NCBI GenBank assembly: GCA_964373955.1
Contig: CAYJXA010000002.1
Coordinates: 5,113-69,112 of the forward strand
DNA length: 64,000 nt
Direction: 5' to 3'
Source: an uncultured Methanosarcinales archaeon
GTDB lineage: Archaea; Nanobdellota; Nanobdellia; Woesearchaeales; GW2011-AR9
The notes below the pieces were generated by a model, which had not been told where the DNA came from, did not search any database, and worked only from the letters and a program-made list of their open reading frames with translations. Below, one piece after another: positions 61,025 through 64,000 of this stretch (the first letter of the stretch is position 1; each line of letters starts with the position of its first letter). The translations under genes were made by a program, and so were the position numbers.

Positions 61025-61621
61025 TCAAAATGAATCTAAACGCTGCTGCTTGTTGATTTCAATAACACGCAAAACGGTCTTAAAATCTTGTTTCATCTGT
61101 TCCAGTAGTTCTGGATTTCGTCCGTTATAAAGATAATTTGCAGGATGAATAACGGGAACAACTTTTATTTTCTGATTGTGGATGGATATTGGAAATATTT
61201 TTCCCCGTAACTGAGTAATGCCTTTCTTTCCCAGAACTCGTTCCGTGGCAAAATTACCAATAGTAACAATAACTTTCGGTTTCATCAACGAAATGAGTTG
61301 ATCCAGGCGTTCCCGGCAATTTTCTACTTCTTGTTTTTCCGGATTTCGATTGTTTTCCGGCCGGCAAAGAATGGTGTTAGTAATGAACACATCCTCCCGA
61401 GTTAAGGCAATGGATTGCAATAATTCCTGCAACACTTTTCCTGATGCGCCGCAGAAAGGAATGCCTTGTTTGTCTTCTTCTGCTCCAGGAGCTTCTCCGA
61501 CAAAGAGAACTTCCGCTTGGGGATTGCCTGAGCCAAACACAACTTTTGTTCTGGATTTGCAAAGGGAAGGACAGCGCTGGCACTGGGAATATTCTTGCTG
61601 GAGATTAAAAAAAAGCTTCAT
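61025..61621 (-). CDS. uracil-DNA glycosylase, family 4
   Basis: CQRCPSLC, GEAPGAEEDKQGIPFCGASGKVL and VIHPANYL. Confidence 0.85.
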   Translation of the reverse strand: MKLFFNLQQEYSQCQRCPSLCKSRTKVVFGSGNPQAEVLFVGEAPGAEEDKQGIPFCGASGKVLQELLQSIALTREDVFITNTILCRPENNRNPEKQEVENCRERLDQLISLMKPKVIVTIGNFATERVLGKKGITQLRGKIFPISIHNQKIKVVPVIHPANYLYNGRNPELLEQMKQDFKTVLRVIEINKQQRLDSF

Positions 61622-61663
61622 TCACGAAAAGAGATAAAAAGAATATTTAAGAGTTATGGAGAA

Positions 61664-61876
61664 TTACGCTTTCTTCACATACTCCACATACTTGCACTTC
61701 CCACACACCATTCTGTCTTTGTGCAAGCCCATAAACACGCCTGCCCCACATTTGGGACAGAATTTATTCTTTCGCTCTGCTTTCGTCCCGGTAAGATTGT
61801 ACAAAGCACTTAACTTCTTTCCAGCCTTCTTGGCTGGTTTCTTCCCAGCAGCAGGTTTCTTTTCAGGAGCAGCCAT
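61664..61876 (-). CDS. rps27ae: ribosomal protein eS31 (S27ae) with a Lys/Ala-rich N-terminal extension
   Basis: Zinc ribbon KFCPKCGAGVFMGLHKDRMVCGKCKY. The start abuts the rps24e stop. Confidence 0.85.
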   Translation of the reverse strand: MAAPEKKPAAGKKPAKKAGKKLSALYNLTGTKAERKNKFCPKCGAGVFMGLHKDRMVCGKCKYVEYVKKA

Positions 61877-62197
61877 TTACTTCTTGCCTCCTTTCGCTGG
61901 GGCTGCAGCTTTCTGTTCTGATTTATCCTTCTTCTTCAAATGAGGAGGAACAACTTCTGCTCGCTGCTTAGCTTCAGGCGTAGCATACACTACTGCTTCA
62001 ACATTAGCATCCTGGTGCCCAAAACGAGTGTAAATATGTTTCATGACTACCTGAGCAGACTCCGCTTTCATTGCTTTGGCAAGAGCATCGGCAACTTGCG
62101 CATTGCTGGGAGTGACTCCTTCAAAGGTAACTCTCCCTTTAACTTCTATACGATTAAGTAAAGAGTTTTCAGTTTTATTGTTAATGGTAATATTCAT
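61877..62197 (-). CDS. rps24e: ribosomal protein eS24 (S24e)
   Basis: NSLLNRIEVKGRVTFEGVTPSNAQVADALAK, typical of S24e. Lys-rich C-terminal tail. Confidence 0.85.
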   Translation of the reverse strand: MNITINNKTENSLLNRIEVKGRVTFEGVTPSNAQVADALAKAMKAESAQVVMKHIYTRFGHQDANVEAVVYATPEAKQRAEVVPPHLKKKDKSEQKAAAPAKGGKK

Positions 62198-62198
62198 C

Positions 62199-62387
62199 TT
62201 ATCGTACCTTTATCGCATATTCTCCTTTTATTTTAAGCCCAACTTTTTCCGCGATGAGCGAAGAAGCTGCATCATGGACGTATAACCGCCCCTGCCAACT
62301 GGTGCTAAATGAAGTGGATGCGCAACTGGGACAGGTATCTCCTTCTACAAATAACCGGCAGCGTTTGCATGCTTTCTTTTTACTCAT
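62199..62387 (-). CDS. spt4: transcription elongation factor Spt4 (RpoE'')
   Basis: Zinc ribbon CKRCRLFVEGDTCPSC plus SWQGRLYVHD...YAIKV. Confidence 0.8.
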   Translation of the reverse strand: MSKKKACKRCRLFVEGDTCPSCASTSFSTSWQGRLYVHDAASSLIAEKVGLKIKGEYAIKVR

Positions 62388-62931
62388 GTTTTACCTCTTC
62401 TTTTTGCTGTTCAAGCCATTCTAATTTCCCTAATCCTTCTTGACGCATGGTTAAGCCGATCTTAGGATTATTTAAATCTTTATAACTTACGGCAATAATG
62501 CGAACTTTACATTTATCACTCACTTTCACGGACTGTCCAGTTTTTTTTCCTTGAAGCACTTTATCTTTGCTAAACGAAACAAAATCATCCATGCTCTGTG
62601 AAATGTGAATCATTCCCTCTGCCCCGCCTAAGTCGGCAAATGCGCCAAAGTCGGTAATATCCCTAATCTTCCCAAAGGCCAACTCATTCATTTCCGGTTT
62701 AAATGTTAATAATTCAAATTCAGTTTCATAATACGCTGCGCCGTCACCAGGCACGATCACTCCTTCTTTAACCGTGCCCACGTCAACCACATTAACCACA
62801 AATCCCAAATCTTTGGAAATGTACGATTCATAAGTAGATTTAACATTCGCGAGTACGGATTCCTTCTTGCTGAGGTTAAACATAGCCGGAGGAACCCGGA
62901 TGTAATCTTTGACTTTGACGCGATAGAACAT
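62380..62931 (-). CDS. rpoE: RNA polymerase subunit Rpo7 (RpoE')
   Basis: MFYRVKVKDYIRVPP N-terminus and an S1 domain (GKIRDITDFGAFADLGGAEGMIHISQ). The ORF track extends to 63000; ATG 62931 is the likely start. Confidence 0.85.
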   Translation of the reverse strand: MFYRVKVKDYIRVPPAMFNLSKKESVLANVKSTYESYISKDLGFVVNVVDVGTVKEGVIVPGDGAAYYETEFELLTFKPEMNELAFGKIRDITDFGAFADLGGAEGMIHISQSMDDFVSFSKDKVLQGKKTGQSVKVSDKCKVRIIAVSYKDLNNPKIGLTMRQEGLGKLEWLEQQKEEVKHE

Positions 62932-63008
62932 TTTAGTCTTATTTGAAGTGGCCCCTTTATAAAGATTTCCAAAAAATCTTTTATAACCCTGCACTTGCAA
63001 ACCCGGAA

Positions 63009-63686
63009 ATGGGTCTCGCAGCGCTCCTACGCCGCACTAATAGGATAATACATCATCCGGAACGTGGTATTTCAGTTAAAATCTATAGAGATTTCCCTTA
63101 TACTGTTGTACCCCAAGTTGCGTTAGGACTGCGACCATGGCGAGCGCTGCATGCAGAGTATCGATGCCGGACTGAGAAACGAAAAGTAGCAAGTCTACAA
63201 GAAGCAGGATTTCCTTTAGCACAAGAGTATCTGTATTTTGAAGTCAGCAAGTATGAACCAATGGTTATCATGCGTTACGCCGCTGATTTTATGACCGTTG
63301 AGGATAAACTCCGCCAGGGGATGACCAGAGAAGAGGCTTTTGCACTTGTAGGAAGATGCGCTGCGCAATTAAAGGAACTTCATCAGGTACGAGGTAGATC
63401 AACGGAGCTAACTCATGGGGATCCATACTTGGAGAATGCACGATATTATGCTAATGGCTCAGTACGATGGTTTGATTTTGAGCACGAGCATAGATGTACT
63501 GGAAGCGATGCCAGAGCTATGGATGGGGCTATTTTTTTAGGGCATGCGTTTCAAGTATTGGGTAGTTGTGGCCAGCTCCAGAGTACGCAAGATCGTGCTG
63601 ATTTAAAAGATGCAATTGAGCAGTATTATCCGGGATTGAGAACTGAGGCATCGAGAGGAAGATTGTATTTGTGGTTACGCTTCTAG
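63009..63686 (+). CDS. protein kinase-like fold protein (Bud32/RIO/Kdo-kinase-like), tentative
   Basis: LTHGDPYLENARY and VRWFDFEH resemble the HxDxxxxN and DFE/DFG kinase motifs. The start is uncertain (62943 or 63009). Confidence 0.4.
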   Translation: MGLAALLRRTNRIIHHPERGISVKIYRDFPYTVVPQVALGLRPWRALHAEYRCRTEKRKVASLQEAGFPLAQEYLYFEVSKYEPMVIMRYAADFMTVEDKLRQGMTREEAFALVGRCAAQLKELHQVRGRSTELTHGDPYLENARYYANGSVRWFDFEHEHRCTGSDARAMDGAIFLGHAFQVLGSCGQLQSTQDRADLKDAIEQYYPGLRTEASRGRLYLWLRF

Positions 63687-63773
63687 AGAATATCGAACTA
63701 TCACTAATTTATTCTCCCACCTTTTCACGAGGAACAGAAGATTTTATAAACTTGCTTTCTTTGGTAAAGAAAG

Positions 63774-64000
63774 ATGGAGTTGCGTGAATTAAAAAAAGAG
63801 GTACAGAACTTACCCAGCATTCAGGAAAATCTCAAACGGTTTCAAGAAAACTGGATCAGGCCCCTGCGTTCTAACACCAATTCTCATTTGCCTTTCCTGC
63901 AAAAAGTGGATCCCCTTACCAGAAAAGAAATAAATCAGCGATTGGGAAAATTAAACAAAACCTTTGAGGAATTGGAATCAAGCCAGCTCATTAACGAGAA
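63774..64000 (+). CDS. hypothetical protein, 5' part only (runs off the window)
   Basis: Own translation: MELRELKKEVQNLPSIQENLKRFQENWIRPLRSNTNSHLPFLQKVDPLTRKEINQRLGKLNKTFEELESSQLINE..., open to the window end. A TATA-like TTTTATAAA lies about 27 nt upstream. Confidence 0.4.
   Translation, partial: MELRELKKEVQNLPSIQENLKRFQENWIRPLRSNTNSHLPFLQKVDPLTRKEINQRLGKLNKTFEELESSQLINE

Overview
AT-rich archaeal chromosomal segment with a DPANN-like mix of archaeal core genes and bacterial-type enzymes. The archaeal assignment rests on an rpoE'-spt4-rps24e-rps27ae operon, archaeal SRP54, archease, an initiator tRNA with A1:U72, and intron-rich tRNA genes. Most of the window is housekeeping: SRP54, split transketolase, Tgt, a short AlaRS, cysteine desulfurase, a P-type ATPase, a Kef-type antiporter, an Lhr helicase, UDG4, a MutY-like glycosylase, DedA, DoxX, Nudix and MazG-like proteins. 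Many ORFs of 60 aa or less (zinc-ribbon or single-pass membrane) are missing from the ORF track. Three things stand out. (1) An accessory island at about 34.3-43.6 kb carries a Fic protein, a TAG-interrupted gene, a 3-gene membrane operon, a frameshifted type IIG restriction-modification enzyme and a coiled-coil membrane protein. Every gene block in the island is separated by members of one family of structured intergenic repeats. The island ends at a class II-like tRNA gene and an IntI/Xer-like tyrosine recombinase, which makes it integron-like. (2) All five tRNA genes contain introns, at least eight in total, several at non-canonical D-loop and T-loop positions. Two of these tRNAs are followed 60-70 nt downstream by an exact second copy of their 3' end. 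(3) A GC-rich, highly structured element of about 235 nt with mutually exclusive helices lies at 16.69-16.92 kb, and its 3' helix covers the SD-like GAGGAG of the downstream gene. All functional calls come from motif recognition by eye; no searches were run.
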